Shown in pieces: positions 29,401 to 44,400 of a DNA stretch of 64,000 bases. The stretch is from NCBI GenBank assembly GCA_965649765.1, contig OZ287748.1, positions 64,232,001 to 64,296,000 of the forward strand. Direction: 5' to 3'. Origin of the DNA: Bispira polyomma (Eukaryota). Position 1 is the stretch's first letter; every line of letters starts with the position of its first letter. The notes under the pieces were generated by a model that saw only the letters and a program-made list of their open reading frames with translations, did no database searches and was not told the origin of the DNA. The translations under genes and the position numbers were made by a program.

Positions 29401-32400
29401 TCAACCTACATAAATACAAAATTAATGGTGTCATTTAAAGAGATTTTATTGTGTTATTGTATTTACAATTTGTACATGGCACATTTATTTACTTATATAT
29501 ATGTGGTATTTAAAGTGCTAATTAACCTCTTTCTTGTCTGCCCAGTATTATTGTCATTAGTCCCTTAACTTAAGAGACAGATATTTGGGGATGACCATTT
29601 ATAAACTTCACCAATGTACTTTAAGCCTGACACATAGCAGGAGATCACCATTTTAAGTTTTCATCTGAGGCACTATGTGTCGGTCTCTACCTGGTTCGCC
29701 CCAGGTTAGGATTAAACCCAGGTCCTCTGTGCTCTTACGTGAGTGTGTTACCCAATGGGCCATTGTGGAAGAAGGTTATGTTTTTGCTGGTGTCTGTTTG
29801 TTTGCCACTAGGATTGTACAGACAAACTACTGCACCGATTGACATTATAGTTAGTGGAGTGGTCACAATACAGAAGAGACTGTGTTGAAGTTTGGAGCAG
29901 ATCTGGCTGGGTACAATAATAGATTCAGGAATCACTATTTGGCACTCTGGCTTTTGTATACAGCCTACTTAGTGCCCTCTACTTTCTAGTTATTTCAGCT
30001 GTAGGTATTGTTGTCACCTAGGGGAAGCAGTAAGGAGTAAAAGAAAAGTTTAAAATGACTGCCTCAGAATCGTAATTACCAAAACAAAAGAATACCGCTT
30101 GTTAGGCGCAATATAAAAACTATGAAGAAAACACTGACTAATATGTAACTGCTGTTTGTAAATTATATGTTGTACAGGGGTTATATAAGTCCAGCTATGT
30201 GAAGCATAAAAGGGAGTTGCGCCCCTTGCCACCGGAGGCTACAGTGTGGGTTAACACCCGGTCTGGTTGTTTGCTGATTAACCAGCTGTTAATCCTCCTA
30301 CCCTTACGACCTTACTATGCCCATGGACTTTACGATTGAATCACTGATTCTGCTGTTGCACTTTAGAAGATGCCTAGCATCAATAAAGCGCATTAAAAAT
30401 GAATAATAACAATAATAATTTAAATATGCTGTATGATGGATAGAATAGCTTTTCTAGAATACTTATAATTTTTTAGGTGTACCGATCCTAACTGACAACA
30501 ATTGTTTTTTAGAAGCATCAACCTGGTAGCAGCAGCAGGAAGCTGTTGGTGTTGTTATAAAACACTTAATTTTGAATTCCTTTTACTGCATAGTGTTATT
30601 TCCCAGGAGACAGACATCTGCCAATATAACACATTGATAACATATTTGGTCTCCCAGTCGATATCCTTACACCAGATCTTTCCAATACCTCGTATATCCA
30701 GGACTACCAAAACCTGGCAGGTTTACAGTGTCTTCCAATTTGTGGTAAAAGTTGAACCCCCATAGACAATATTTCCAAGTAAAACTACATAAAAAAGGGT
30801 GGCATGATGAGTTGGTAGCAGTGATATAGAAATAGAAGGAATTCAATATATTGTGTAGGAGGGTACTGTAAATCTATCAGTTTTATGTACATATATATAT
30901 ATATATGATGGCATTCGGATACTGAACTGACAGTGCAAAAAAGTAACACTCCTACACACTAGTGATATTGTATGTGTAAAAGAGATCCTCACAAATGTAG
31001 CACTGGTTCCAACAGTTTTAAATTAAGTTTCAATGAAAAGTATGAGTGAATAAAGCTCAGATATTGTAGACATGGATGTTTTGTTCTTATATTAAACAAT
31101 TTAAACTTACTGTAAACTGCTACTATAAATATTACATGCACCAGAAAACATTTGTAACAAGAAAACACTCTTTTCTTGCTGTACAATACAATGACATATT
31201 CAAATGTTATTTACATGAATTTGGCGGTGTATTGTATGTAAAAAAGCACAGGCAATGAACAACTAAATTCCAGTTAGATATTTGTATGTTTTTATGAATA
31301 ATAGTTTGTATTTTTTGTTGTTTTATTAACAAAGTTCCATTTGTATTCCACCAAGATATATTACTTTGGTCCACATAAAGGAATAATCAGGGGTGAATTG
31401 ACAGACTTATTTATACATCATATCTTTGCATATTTAATATATAACAACTGTACTACTATATAGACAAAACTACCAGTACAACCCTTGATGCAAACTATAT
31501 GTATAACTCACATCACTGTATTCTAAACCACAGTGTCACCAGCATTACAGCCTTATGTTAGATTGCTCTAATCCTATGCCACCACGTTCTATATTGCAAT
31601 TTGTCTAAAACTATTGGCATGGAGAAATTTCACACTTATTTATATGCCATCTTTTGCATTGTGTTGTATATCAGAACAAAAACACGACCAAATTCTCAAG
31701 ACATGCCATGTATGTCAAAATAAAGTGTAACAAACAGCATATGGTGCTTTATTCTAGAATTGTTCCATGTCTATTCTACCAAGATATATTGCTGCTGTCA
31801 TTGGGACTTACTATCTGGGTATCTGTGTATAATTGATGTATACCAACTAGACATGATCAAGTGAGTATACTGAGCACATTTTCTTATTCTAGGATTACTT
31901 AATTTCTATCTAAACACTTGTCATTGAGAAATGTCAGACATATTTATGTGATATCATTGTAGTTTGATGTATATCAACTAGACATGACAATACTGTCAGG
32001 CAATGCCAGCAAAGAGTAAAATGAGCACATTTTCTGATGATAGGATTACTTCATTTCTGTCTAAATTCTTATCAATAGGAAATGTGAGACATATTTATGT
32101 GACAATTTTTGGGGTATATTGATGTACAACAACTTCACTTGACAATACTAGCAGACACAACAGGGTGTAACCAGCTGATACTTTCTTTCTCTAAAGACTG
32201 TTTCCATACCATACTATAGTTACTCCTTACATTTATATTTGGTGTATGTGTGTGTGTGTCTGGCCCCTTTATTGCTATTTTACTGGGACAATCCCAGTGT
32301 AAACGGGTGTGAGCCAATAACCATAAACTACAAGCAGATAATATGCTCAGAGCCGGGAAACACAAAGAAGAGTTGACAGATAAAGAGCATTGTGGGAATA

Positions 32401-35400
32401 GGTAAAAGGCGGCAAATTAGTTTTGGAGGCATTACAATGCTAGTGTTATACATACCCTAGTATCAATTCCCCTGGGGGCGCAGTGTGGAAAATAAACAGA
32501 AAGAGATTTCTACCAGGGGTCCTGATTTAATGTTGCTTCAAATGACAGTGGAACTGTGTCTGTGTTTGCTAGTTTCCGTGTTTGGTAAAATCTATATATG
32601 TATGTATGAATATTGGGATTGGGCTGGTTTTAGGAAGTACAGTATTGGTAACATGAGTCATGTCTTGTGAAATAGCTGGAGTTTATGTTGAACATGAGAA
32701 ACTAGGACTTTGAAAGTAGAAGAAAGTATCAAATCTTTGTAAACGATTTAATTTATCGCCTTTTCATGTTATCACTGTATGCAGATGACACCATCTTGAG
32801 TTCTATCATCCTGGCTAACTACACAATGAGCATTCAAAAATGAATATATTTGTACATATCACTTGAACTATTAGTTGTGCATGTTATTGTTTTTATACTT
32901 CTTGATTTTGTGAAAAACAAATGTTCATTGTCATTTTCCATTCATGTCTGTACCATTCAAATAAATATATGATGGTAACATCTTTTACAAATACAAAAAG
33001 CATGCAAATAATTCAAAATGTTGAACCAGACACTGAGTAAAGTGCATATCTTCGCCAAGACACAAGAGCTTCAACAAGTGAAAACAAAAATTGAAACCAC
33101 ACTAGATCCCAAATTTAATGAATTCTACTTTTATCTCCATTCCCTATCCCTCCCAACAAATGTAAATAAGTTGAGTTGTTTTTGTGTAATCCTTATGACA
33201 AACCAACAAACAGACAAAAAAACAGGGGTAAAACATGACCCCCCTTCGGCGGAGGTAAATGGCATAATTGTATAATATGATATTGTCAGAGACACCTAGT
33301 ACATTACTGCAATACTGCAAACAGTTATATCTCTACAGCAGAGCAAGCACAGCAAAGACAGAAACTTCAAAAGCACCGAAGTGTTCAACAAATGTTGAAA
33401 ACCTAGAGGTCCCTTGAGACTGAAGCCTCTCATCTGACGGGTTGTGTAGCTGTTCTAATATAGGTCTGTCTGAAGTACTGTAAAACAAGCCCAGAAGTAA
33501 TTGTAAGTTGATGTGACAGTGGAATAGGGCGAGTAAAACGTTGATAGTCTGAGCTAGTTAGCTGCATGGCATTTGGTATATTAGGTATGACCGTCAGTTG
33601 AATATATATCTTATAAAATATTAAAAAAGTTTCTCAATGATAGAAATTTTATCCTTTTACTGCTTTATACATTTCACTATCTAGGCCTCAAACTTTGAAC
33701 AAAAAACACACAAGTAGAGAAGTAAAGCTCCTCTTATTATCTTGTCCATCTTCAAAGATATATAGCAGACAACTTGTATGACTATAGAACAAAACAAGAA
33801 ATTGTTGTAAAAATACTAAGTGAAGATGGGACAAAGTGGTCATGTTTTCTAACAAGATCAAGCTCAAATGCTAAACCAATGTTTAAAACAAATGTCGGTC
33901 AAGACTAGTTATTTTCTCTTGAAATTCTTCAGCCATCTTTCAGAGCAGTCCTAATGTCATAACCATGGGAACATACATTAAATAAACCCCCATCACATCC
34001 TTCCTACTGTTTTCCTAAATTTTGTCAATTTATGGGCAGTTGACAAGTTAACCTTAACTCATTTAAACAATGGGGTTTCCTGGACAGAGAGAGAGAAGGG
34101 GGGGGGGGGGAGGACACAAGGGAAGGTGGTGGGGGGTTAAAAAAAAGGAAGATTTAGTTGAGCTGGTGTCATCAGACAAGAGCATTAGTGGATACATTGA
34201 GGTGATTGTTCCCTCTCAGCTTAATAGAGTGGACACCACTTGAGGGGAGCTCCCTGCTTATCCATGTTTTATAAACCTGGCCATAGATATTGCCTTTATG
34301 CAAGTGCCCCTGACATTTTAGGGCTATCATCTGTAGGGGGGTCTTTAATCGCCTTGCTAAATCCTCTGAAGCCCCTGTGTTGTGGGATGTGTTTTTTTGT
34401 TGGTTATAGAGATACAGTGACACAACAGGTATTTTTTCTATAAAATTAAACAGAAAAACATATTTTCTTTTTCATAAACTTATTAAACTCCCTTCCTCCA
34501 CCCCCCCCTGTTCATGAATAAAATATAAGATTTTCACAGTTATTTATGAATTGATTCTTAGGTCGGAGGCCACCATGCTTTATGACGGGTCTAAGATGAA
34601 CCATTTAGGGGGGGGGGAGGGGTGTGGATTTATTAATAATATACACAGAACATTTATCCTGTTTTATCGAAGTTAATGTTACATTTGTCTCAAATTTATG
34701 GTGTTAATATACTTCTCTTCTAAGAAAAATGAAAGAAATAATTGATGTAGAAATACAATGTTCTATTTTGAAAAAGCTACTACACCTTTTTTCACTTCTG
34801 GGATTATTGGTAATGCAACATAACTGACTTTAATAGGTCAAATCGCTTAGGGAAATTGTTACTACTAAAGCCATGACTAATGTCATTCGGAACCGGAATA
34901 GACCTGCCAGGTTTTAATATATAATACACCCTCATAAGCAGCTTTCACCTTCTATATACCTGCCTTCTTCAAAGGCTACTCTTGTCTCTGATGACTACAT
35001 GCCAAACACAGCACTTACTAGAGCACACACCTCCACCATAGGGGTACAAAACCAAAGGGGCATGTGTTTATCTGGAAGTGCACCAAATTGGAATGGTTTC
35101 ATCCTTGGCTCAAACGTCAGCCATGAGAAAAGTTCGTAAAAAGTGGTCCAGTAGTTTAATACATAATCCTTCTAACAAACACACCAACAGATAAACTAAC
35201 CAAAAGACAGAGTGGCCAAACATAACATTTACATAAGTTCTTTCTTTTTGAAAACATTGATGCAAATTGCATGCCAGCCATTTGCATTTCGTGTCCTCTA
35301 AAACGAATTTCACTTCCTGTTTTGATGTGTGACTTCCGCTTTATTTTTGAAACGAATGTTGGAGGTTCAAGTTTTAAAATGTTAAACTCTGGAATTAAAT

Positions 35401-38400
35401 GATTTTGTCTTCCAGTTTTTTTTTCCTTGCTCAAAATGGCAATTCCAATAGCCAAATAACAATATTTAAATTAAACTGTTCTTATCAAAATTACCAGTAC
35501 TGATTGTACATTGGACAAATAACAGAAGAAGAAAAAGATGTTAATAATCTGAGTTAATAAGTGATGTCTACTATGAACGTTGTAATATGGCATCAGGGTT
35601 TATATTGTTGGTATATTATAGTAAACAATGTCATCAAAACAGCCAACCCAGTGGGTATATGTATATACACAAGTACCAACAACCAGTTAGTTTGTAGAAA
35701 TCTATATGTATTGCAAGGGTATAGGCTTGTGCTGTATTTAGCTGAATCCACAAGAACATGGGGGTAAAAAGACTATAAATATCCCAAAATAAATGACAGA
35801 GCCAAAAGCCCATACTGCAAAACTGTTGATTTAGGGGTTGTGTAATGTGAGGTGAACAGACCCCTCCACAAAACATCATTATGAGCGGAACAGTTCTTGG
35901 GTTGTCATTGCCGGCTTGCTGCCTTTCAATCATATAGACCCATCTCATACCGACGTAAAGTACTGCAAATCTGCCCGGTGTCACATTGGTTTTGTATCAA
36001 CAACTTATATTGTATTTGTCTGACCGATTTTGTGTAAAAATCTGACTAAATCTGTATTATTGACTGATTTTGGAAATAGAATTGACTTAAAATGTATCAA
36101 AAACATGTTGAAAGAATATTTTCATCTAACACATTCTTGAAATATTATCTCTTTGAAGAATCTTTTAAGCAGTAGCCTTTAAAACATATTTGGGTACAAA
36201 AACATTGTAGATAATAAAGGTCAATTTACTATAACAAATTATAATAAACTATTTTGTAGATTTTGTAGTTCAAAATAAGTCCATGATTTAAATTTAGTTA
36301 AATTTTGATGCAAAATTATCGTATGTACACCACCATTTATAGACTGTTCAGCTAAAAATTATGTCAAAAAAAGACAACAAAAAAATGAGGAGACATATAG
36401 ACAGACAGACAGATAGAAAGAGAGGGAGAGAGTAAAAAAAACCCTTCATTGCTCTATTCAATTATGAAATCCTCTAATACTAAGCTTGAACTGACTCAAA
36501 ACTAAAACTAGATCAAATATATTTTTCTTCTTCACTACGATATTCCACCCCCAAAAGTCAATTACATGTACCCATTACTATGTATATGCATGTACTTTTT
36601 TTAAGGGTGGAAGTTTTTATATATGTATAACAGGATGTTGGTGTGAAAGTGGGTGGGGGTTGTTAAAAGGAATTAATGAATATTAAGATAAAGTTCTACT
36701 TTAAGTTATCTCTCAAACCTTCATAAGAAAACAATAAAGAAAAAGCCTATTTCCCACAACTCAGTGTGTTTCTGTTCTCGGATTTATGAAGTTTACCATG
36801 ATTGCTTTTTTTCTGACGTTAGAACACTATGCTTTTAGTTACAAATCTTGATGATAGGATTTCCAGAGATCTATTATTGGTTATGACATTATTTTTGCTC
36901 AAGTCGTTACATGATTATGCCCCCCTCGTTTTCCATCTCTATTTTGGGTTATTTAATAGTCTTGCAAATGGATCGTGTCATCCAGTTTACACCAGGCATT
37001 TAGTTAACACAGCTGAGTTATATTCGCAGTCAAAATCTTTATTTTGTTCTGCAGAGTGGGGGAGTTGAGGGAGTGAGGATATCTTAACCATTTTAAGGTC
37101 AAATTCCCCAGAAAATAAAGTTAGGCCACTTTGGGTTAGACACAGGGCTATTTATCTTATTCTAGAACAGACTTTCTATGTCTTGGAGCAATAGGCAAAT
37201 CCATATATTTTTGAAATTCTAATATATCCCCAAGACACAAAGTACATCAGCTTTCTTGAGGAGCTTAACTTAAATAATTGACAAGCCAGGTAAGGGATGT
37301 AAGACAAGATGGGGTGAGCATTTTCATTAGTGTCGATATTTTCTTACATTTACAACAAAAAAAAACAACACTTTGATAACATTAAAAATTTATGGGTTTA
37401 AAATATCTAGTCACAAGTACAATGAAATGTAAGATGCGGATTGCATATAGTCATTACACATTAATCTACCTTTATCTGGTATTCAAACAGCTAATTAAAA
37501 TATTTTTTTGACTCCTTAGGTACTGTCAACCAGCAACAGTAACGGCCCTTCCCCCGAACATAAGCGATCTGATTGAGGGTGACCATTTATGAACAGGATG
37601 AACCTGTCCCCGAGGTTCTTTAGCCTGCCACTGGGGATAGGACTCAATGTCAGAAAAACACCAGCTTAAGTGATCATTCAAGCCACTATGTATCTGCATG
37701 TTACTGGTCAACCCAGGTTCTGTACATACATGTAGGAACCTAGGTCCCAGTTTGACGATTTTGAAAGGAGATCTCAGTACGATTCTAAAATGATGGGGAT
37801 TGCAGTTAAACATTAGGGGTTCTCAGCTGGATTGCTCTTTAGGGTCCCCATTCACGATTGCAGCAGTCACAATAGTTCGGCGAGATGATAATTTATTTTT
37901 AGACTAAGTTGTCGCAATACATCTCATGTAGCATTGGTGTTCATATTGGGGTCTCTTTGATCTGGCCAAGGTTGCTTTGAGCTTGTATCCTTATAGCAAT
38001 GGTTGGACAATGTGTGTTCAAAGGAAGCAACAGTCAGATTAGGGTAAAAACGTGTAGTGCATCTTTGGAGTAATCATCTGCTGTTTGTTAAATGTGAGAT
38101 TGTGTCTTTGATGTAACCATTGCAGCGTCCCCTATGCTGACAAAAGCTGTTCGCAATCATTGGGTCACAATGGTGACATTTGCGGCTTCAGTTGACATGC
38201 GGACCGAAGCGATACATACTGAGTCTAGTTGCAAATGTGTAAGGATCAGGATACTTACCATATTTGGAACGCATGATGCATTCCATTGCGATTTGATGAT
38301 TGCTATGCTCGCAAACTCGTTGCTATCGAGATCGCAGCAAGGTTGTGAAAGTGGGACAAGGCCTAATTTAGCAAGCAAATGTGTTACCCACTAGACCACG

Positions 38401-41400
38401 GTAATAATACAATAATTAGTTTTGATGCAAATAAAGATCATATTTCTTTTCTTTTCCTTTCTTACATAAGTTGAAAACACAACTTTAAAAGGATTTCGCT
38501 TTTACCAAGAACCCTTCCCTCTTATGCAGAACTACATTTTTTTTACTATTTTGAAAACAAAGTAAATCCCAGAATGTGTTTTCCCACTGTGTGGACTCAT
38601 TAACAAGCTGCCAGGAGGCTAAATGTGAAAACATATGGTGGGAAACCATCATTGACATCTCCTGATAGAAACAGAGGTCCCTGTGACATGGGTACACACA
38701 CACTGGGGAGATAATGTGAGTGAGTGACGGAATGTATGGCTGAATGGCTGGGTGATCTTGTTCTATGTTGTGTCCTAGGTGTCACATTCACGAATTAGAG
38801 GTAAGAATGACCCAGAATCCGGAATGTGGAACAAACTAGATTTATAACTGGAGAAAGTTGTAGGGATTGGTTGAATGTATTGCTGTTTTATGTCTAGATA
38901 GTTTGCTGTTGTTTTTTTAGTTATACAGCCCATAACAATGTATATGTGACAAAAATATCAACTTGTAATTGGTTCAGATACTTTCACCGTTCATGTTAAT
39001 CTAGGGGCCCCCGGCCATGTTAATCAAAGGTCTTTTAATCTGATATCGATTTCCTTAGTGTTGGAAATAACCTGGACATGTTATATGTTATCATTTCTTT
39101 TAAATAGAGCCTTCAGCGAGGAACGGAAATTAGTAGCCAAAGTTTAGATATGGATTATTGTTCACAAACATACAAGGGCATATTCTGATTTTATTATAAG
39201 TTTAAAGTTTAAGACCTTTCAAAAATACAGGTCCTATACAACTCATGTTCCATTAAAACATGCACATGCATCACTACTACACACACACTTAAAATGACGT
39301 CAATATTAAATAAACTTAAATTATTTAATTATTCTCTCACAAATGTTATTTGTAAATGTAAATATCACACCGAGGAGGTTTGCATAGCTATGTATTTAAA
39401 CTATTATTGTTATACACGATCAATCTTCAAACTACTTCATTTCACTGCCTTTGGGAACTGATCACTGAGCATTCTTCTTTTCACTGGTCCTTTAACTTTC
39501 CATATTTCACTTTCACTATCTTGACCTGACCATCAGTGGACTGTTTTTATGATTACTTGTGCTTCCATCATTGCACCCCTTTCTCATATGATATTAAAAT
39601 TATGTTATTGTTGTTTTCATTGTTTTTCGCCCCCTCTCCATAATACCATCTAAGTTAATATGATATAAAGTCGACACACAATGATCTATGATCGAGTGAC
39701 AAATAAAATTCCAAGGATATAACACTAATTTAATTAGAGGTTTATGAAGTATGATTACCAGACTATAGTGCTTTAAGCTGGTGCCCACGTTCTGTTTCTT
39801 TCCTTAGTTAATGTTTAATGCTTTCTCCACATTCATTACAGAAAACACCAACAAATAAAATATCATTACTGGTCTGTCTTATAAAAGAAAAAACTCTTTC
39901 TTCATATATAGTATTAGCTTAAATGACTGATGTGTTTTTTGTACATATCTAATATCTACGTGTCAACATTGTTATTTATATTTTTTATCTTTTTTTTTTT
40001 AAATATAGAATGATGTGATTGTAGCAACAGGACACAATATACAAAAAAATAGATCAACTAATAATAGAATAACAAGAAAATTTTCCAAAAGAAAATGCCT
40101 TGCTGTTAAACAGATGAATTCAAAAATAACAGGTAAAGATTATAACAATTTCTCTTCTTGCAAAATGGATTTCTTGAGTGAATATTAATAATTCTTCCTG
40201 GTTGAGGAAAAAAAACAACCCTTGTGAGACAATTAATTACAAGCCTCTTCCATCCATTTCAAATATAGATAAGAGTGGAGAAATAATGTCTGTAATCCAA
40301 TATCACCCAAGCAACCTCACTTATCGCTCTCATCATAATTCCATCAAGGATTCTTTTGTGGTTGTCCTTTTTTCCTAGTCTTGTCTCTAATATCAACCTT
40401 AATTCATATAAAAACTGGAAATATGTTACTGGCTTACTGTCAGATTTTGAATTTTAAACTAAGTTACTGACTTCCTTATGCTAAACTTGTAATGCAGAGA
40501 GTAATACATTTTTGGATTGTTCAACAAAAATATACTAAAAACATAAAAAACCTACCACAACCATAGGCATAAAAACCTTGTATGAATCTATATTTATTAT
40601 TAGATATCAATATCTTTTCTTTCTGGGAAAACATATGGAAAAAAAATTATAAACTGAAATTTACTGAAATGAATTGCAAAGGCGATTCTACGGATTTATA
40701 ATACCTTGATTTAAATTACTTAGTTATGAGAACTTTTAACATTTTAGTCTTAACTAGTATTTGAAAAATCATTTCACATATGACACCAAAATCAAAAGTT
40801 TTCTTTGGTGACAATCCTCAGTTATTTTACAGTTGACATCACCATGGTGGGTTGCATATACTTGGGTCTTTTGGTGATTATTTTCGACAAAGAAAAACAG
40901 CCCAACAAGTTTATATACACATTATGATAATTTTAACGAGCAAATTCTTTATGAAATCTGGCTTTTACTTGTAACGGACAAATATACACTGGCTATTAAA
41001 GTGAACACTATAATATTAGTCCTCTAAGACATTTAACCCATAGTGTGTAAGTATAAGATTGAATTTTTTTAAAACCCAACATACACAAATGCATTAAGAA
41101 ATCTAACAATAAAACCTTTCAAATCTTCCCCATTTATTTAGGTGTTCTTCCTTTTGCAAATCTTGTTGCAGTAATAAATTGGCTTCAGATAAATTGATTT
41201 TTTTCTTTTGTCGGGAAATCTTGTGAAAAGCCTGAATTATAAGCTCAAGTAGTTTTGCTGGGTGAGTTTCTTTTTCTGTCTTTCAATTACCTGATCTACT
41301 ATTTGCAAAGAGGAACACGGCTGATAAGATGCTCTAAAAACGTTCCAATTTGCTTTCAACTTGCCAACTTGCTATTCTGCCCTATTGCTGTTAGTATTCT

Positions 41401-44400
41401 TGGATTATGTCATTCTAAGTTCAGATGCTTTGAAAAACATGCACATCATTGATACAGTATACTAATATTGCTGATGTTATTTCAATGCAAAATTTTAGGA
41501 TTTTTTGAGGTTAACAAGTCACATCCGTAAATCTCAAAACTGCAACTTAACATCAAAATAGTACAAAATATAATGAAATTGTAAACTTGTACTCTGAAAA
41601 ATAAATATGACTCTTCAGTTTACGAGGTAGGTTTTTTTAATTGTAATCTTCAAATGTGACATTTTTTGTCCATTATGTGCCATCTGAAAAGAGTCCACTT
41701 TTTCAAATTAGCCCCACACTTACATAAGGTGGTTTTATTCTAGGTGTCATATCACATTTGTGGAAGTGATGGTTATTCCACTGCTGCATTCCTAATTTAG
41801 AGACATATTGCAAGCAGCTAAGATAAAAAAATTCAACTAAGTTACATAATTTTTCAAAAATATGTGATCGGTAAATATTGTATATTATTGTTACATGTGA
41901 TTGGTGATTACTGAAATAATGAAGGATCAATAAAAATCTGCACACTTTGGTGGAATATATTTTGTTACATATTTTATCTCATATATGGACACATTATCAG
42001 AGTTTCACTTTTAGTCCTAGAATTTATAAAATAAAACTAGCACAAGCTCATCTATAAAAATACTTTTATCAATTTTATACTTAAAAACTTGCCAAGCAAC
42101 TATCTAAAAGATAATCAAAATTCCTTGTGATGACAGCTGTGTGATGGCTTAGCACGTGTTGTTTATGTTAATAACAGGAAATTAAACACAAATAAAAATT
42201 TGAGTGAAAACATCCCATCATCATTTTACACCCGAGCCACTCCCTTCCACTGGGTAAAAATGTGAGGACACTAGGTGTAGCCTTTCCCTGGCTATTTTCT
42301 TCATAATTAAAGATATTAATCAAACCTAGAGGAATAACATACTGCATAAATACAGTGGAAGCTAATTCATGTCCAAGATTACATAAAATGTAAAATCTAA
42401 AAACAACAATTTTCATTTAAAAATTTTGCTTTCAACACTGCTGTACTATATCACATCGAACAATTTATTGGTGAAGAATAGTGTGAAATTGGTCCAGATT
42501 TCTGAAACCAAACTTTACTTCCAAACTTTACTTCCAACTTTCCCACACACATACATACGATGACCAAGATTCAAACCCAGAACCCCAGACATAGGAGGCA
42601 AGATAGTTACCTCTGCACTACAGATCCCTTGATTAAAGACTGACATACTTAATAAAGAAAGCATCAATAACAGATTAAAGAAATCGTCTAGATAGAAAAG
42701 CAAGCCAGTGGGTAACACACTCATTTCAGAATGCAGAGGATCTGGGTTTGATCCCAGGCAAACAGATACACAAAGATACATATACAGTTCAGACAATGAC
42801 CTAAAATGGCGGTTTAATTTCCCAAATATCAATTTGAAATTATGAAATTAAAGAAAAATATAGAAAAGCCAAACAAAAGCCTTACGACGGAGCTATACTA
42901 GTTCAATAATGCAACTGACCTTATTGAGAAATAATCTCTTTGCAGGTACACCCTTAATTTGATGTTAACTTTTAATATAATTGTAGAAGAGTTTTGAGCC
43001 TTGTTGAAGGCTAGTCCTGACTGTCCAATATGGTCCTGCCTCTTTTTCTATTTCCCACCCATTACGCCCACCCTGTTGTTGTGTGAGTCAGACAGATGAA
43101 GTGGGATGTCAATCATCTCTAACCAGCCGTACATACAGTGCTCAGCACTTGTCAGATCCAGGAGTTTTCACATGAGTTCACCCATACTCTCTCTCTTTGA
43201 CTGAGATGGAACTACCAACATATTAAAGTCTATACATACTCACTAAACCAAGAGGATGTCTGCAGGGTATACTCAGACTACATTAAATTATATATACTCT
43301 GGACAATTGTCAAAATCAGAGTCTTTTCTGAAAATTTAGAACTAAAATCTTCATTTTTGGAGTTTTTGTGTTTATTTCAAGAAATGAGATCAAAAGGCTA
43401 TGTGTGTGTAGATTTAAAAAAAACACATGTATTGGTTCTGAAATACATGAAATAATTTTGAAAACCATCACAATATTTAGAATATCTGACTGTCTTTTTT
43501 AAAATTAAAATAATGAAATAATAAGACATATAGTTTCTATAACTACCAGCTATGAGTACATATTTTCTTACTTAATTGATTTAGCTGAAATTCTGTGTCT
43601 GCGTTATTTTTCAAATGCCTTGCACTTAAACTCACAATAATTGCAAATTATGTCTTGATGTGTTATTGCACAAAGGCAATATATTTAAAAACTCTGACTA
43701 CCTTTTTTGAGATCCTTGCTGAAAGCTCCATGAATATGAATCATGACATGCCTAGGTTATTCCCATTAATAATAAAAATCTTTATCTGTGGTTAGTTGAT
43801 TTTAAGACCTTTGATAAATAGGAACCCCTACAGATTGTGGCTCTTTAATCTATAACCTTGTTGAGCGTATGCATCAATGACTGTATGGAGTTGATGGAAT
43901 TAGATGGGGATCACTCATACAGCCACTCAAACAACTGGCCAACCCGCTCACCTGCTCTGGTATATCTTAAAAATAGCTTCAATTCTTTTTTATCAAAGCA
44001 GACGGGATTTTACATGCTAAGATTACCTCAATTATCGCCCACTTTGTTTCTTTTAACTGTTTGAGTTTGCATTATTGATAATAGTAACATATAAGAAAAC
44101 CATGTGGCTGGTATTAATAAGGAAGAAGCTATAGGAGAAGGTATTATATGAAAATAAAATGATAAATATTTAATTTTTTGCTCACAGGCGGTACTAAGGT
44201 TAACAGTCCTAATATATATCCTTTGAGTCTTTTAAGAGACTAACTCTAGCCATGAAGTTTTTATGAGTTTCAATCTAACTGCATGCAATAACAAATCAGT
44301 AAGACTATATTTGATCATTTACAACATCAAAGTCTAATCACTAAGTGATCCATCAAAGCTCTTGCTGCTTTATTTGGTAAAACCCTCAGATTCTGCACAC

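Noticed and set aside
32773-32800. LYADDT reverse-transcriptase motif
   Set aside because: Isolated few codons with no extendable frame; at most a tiny LINE relic.
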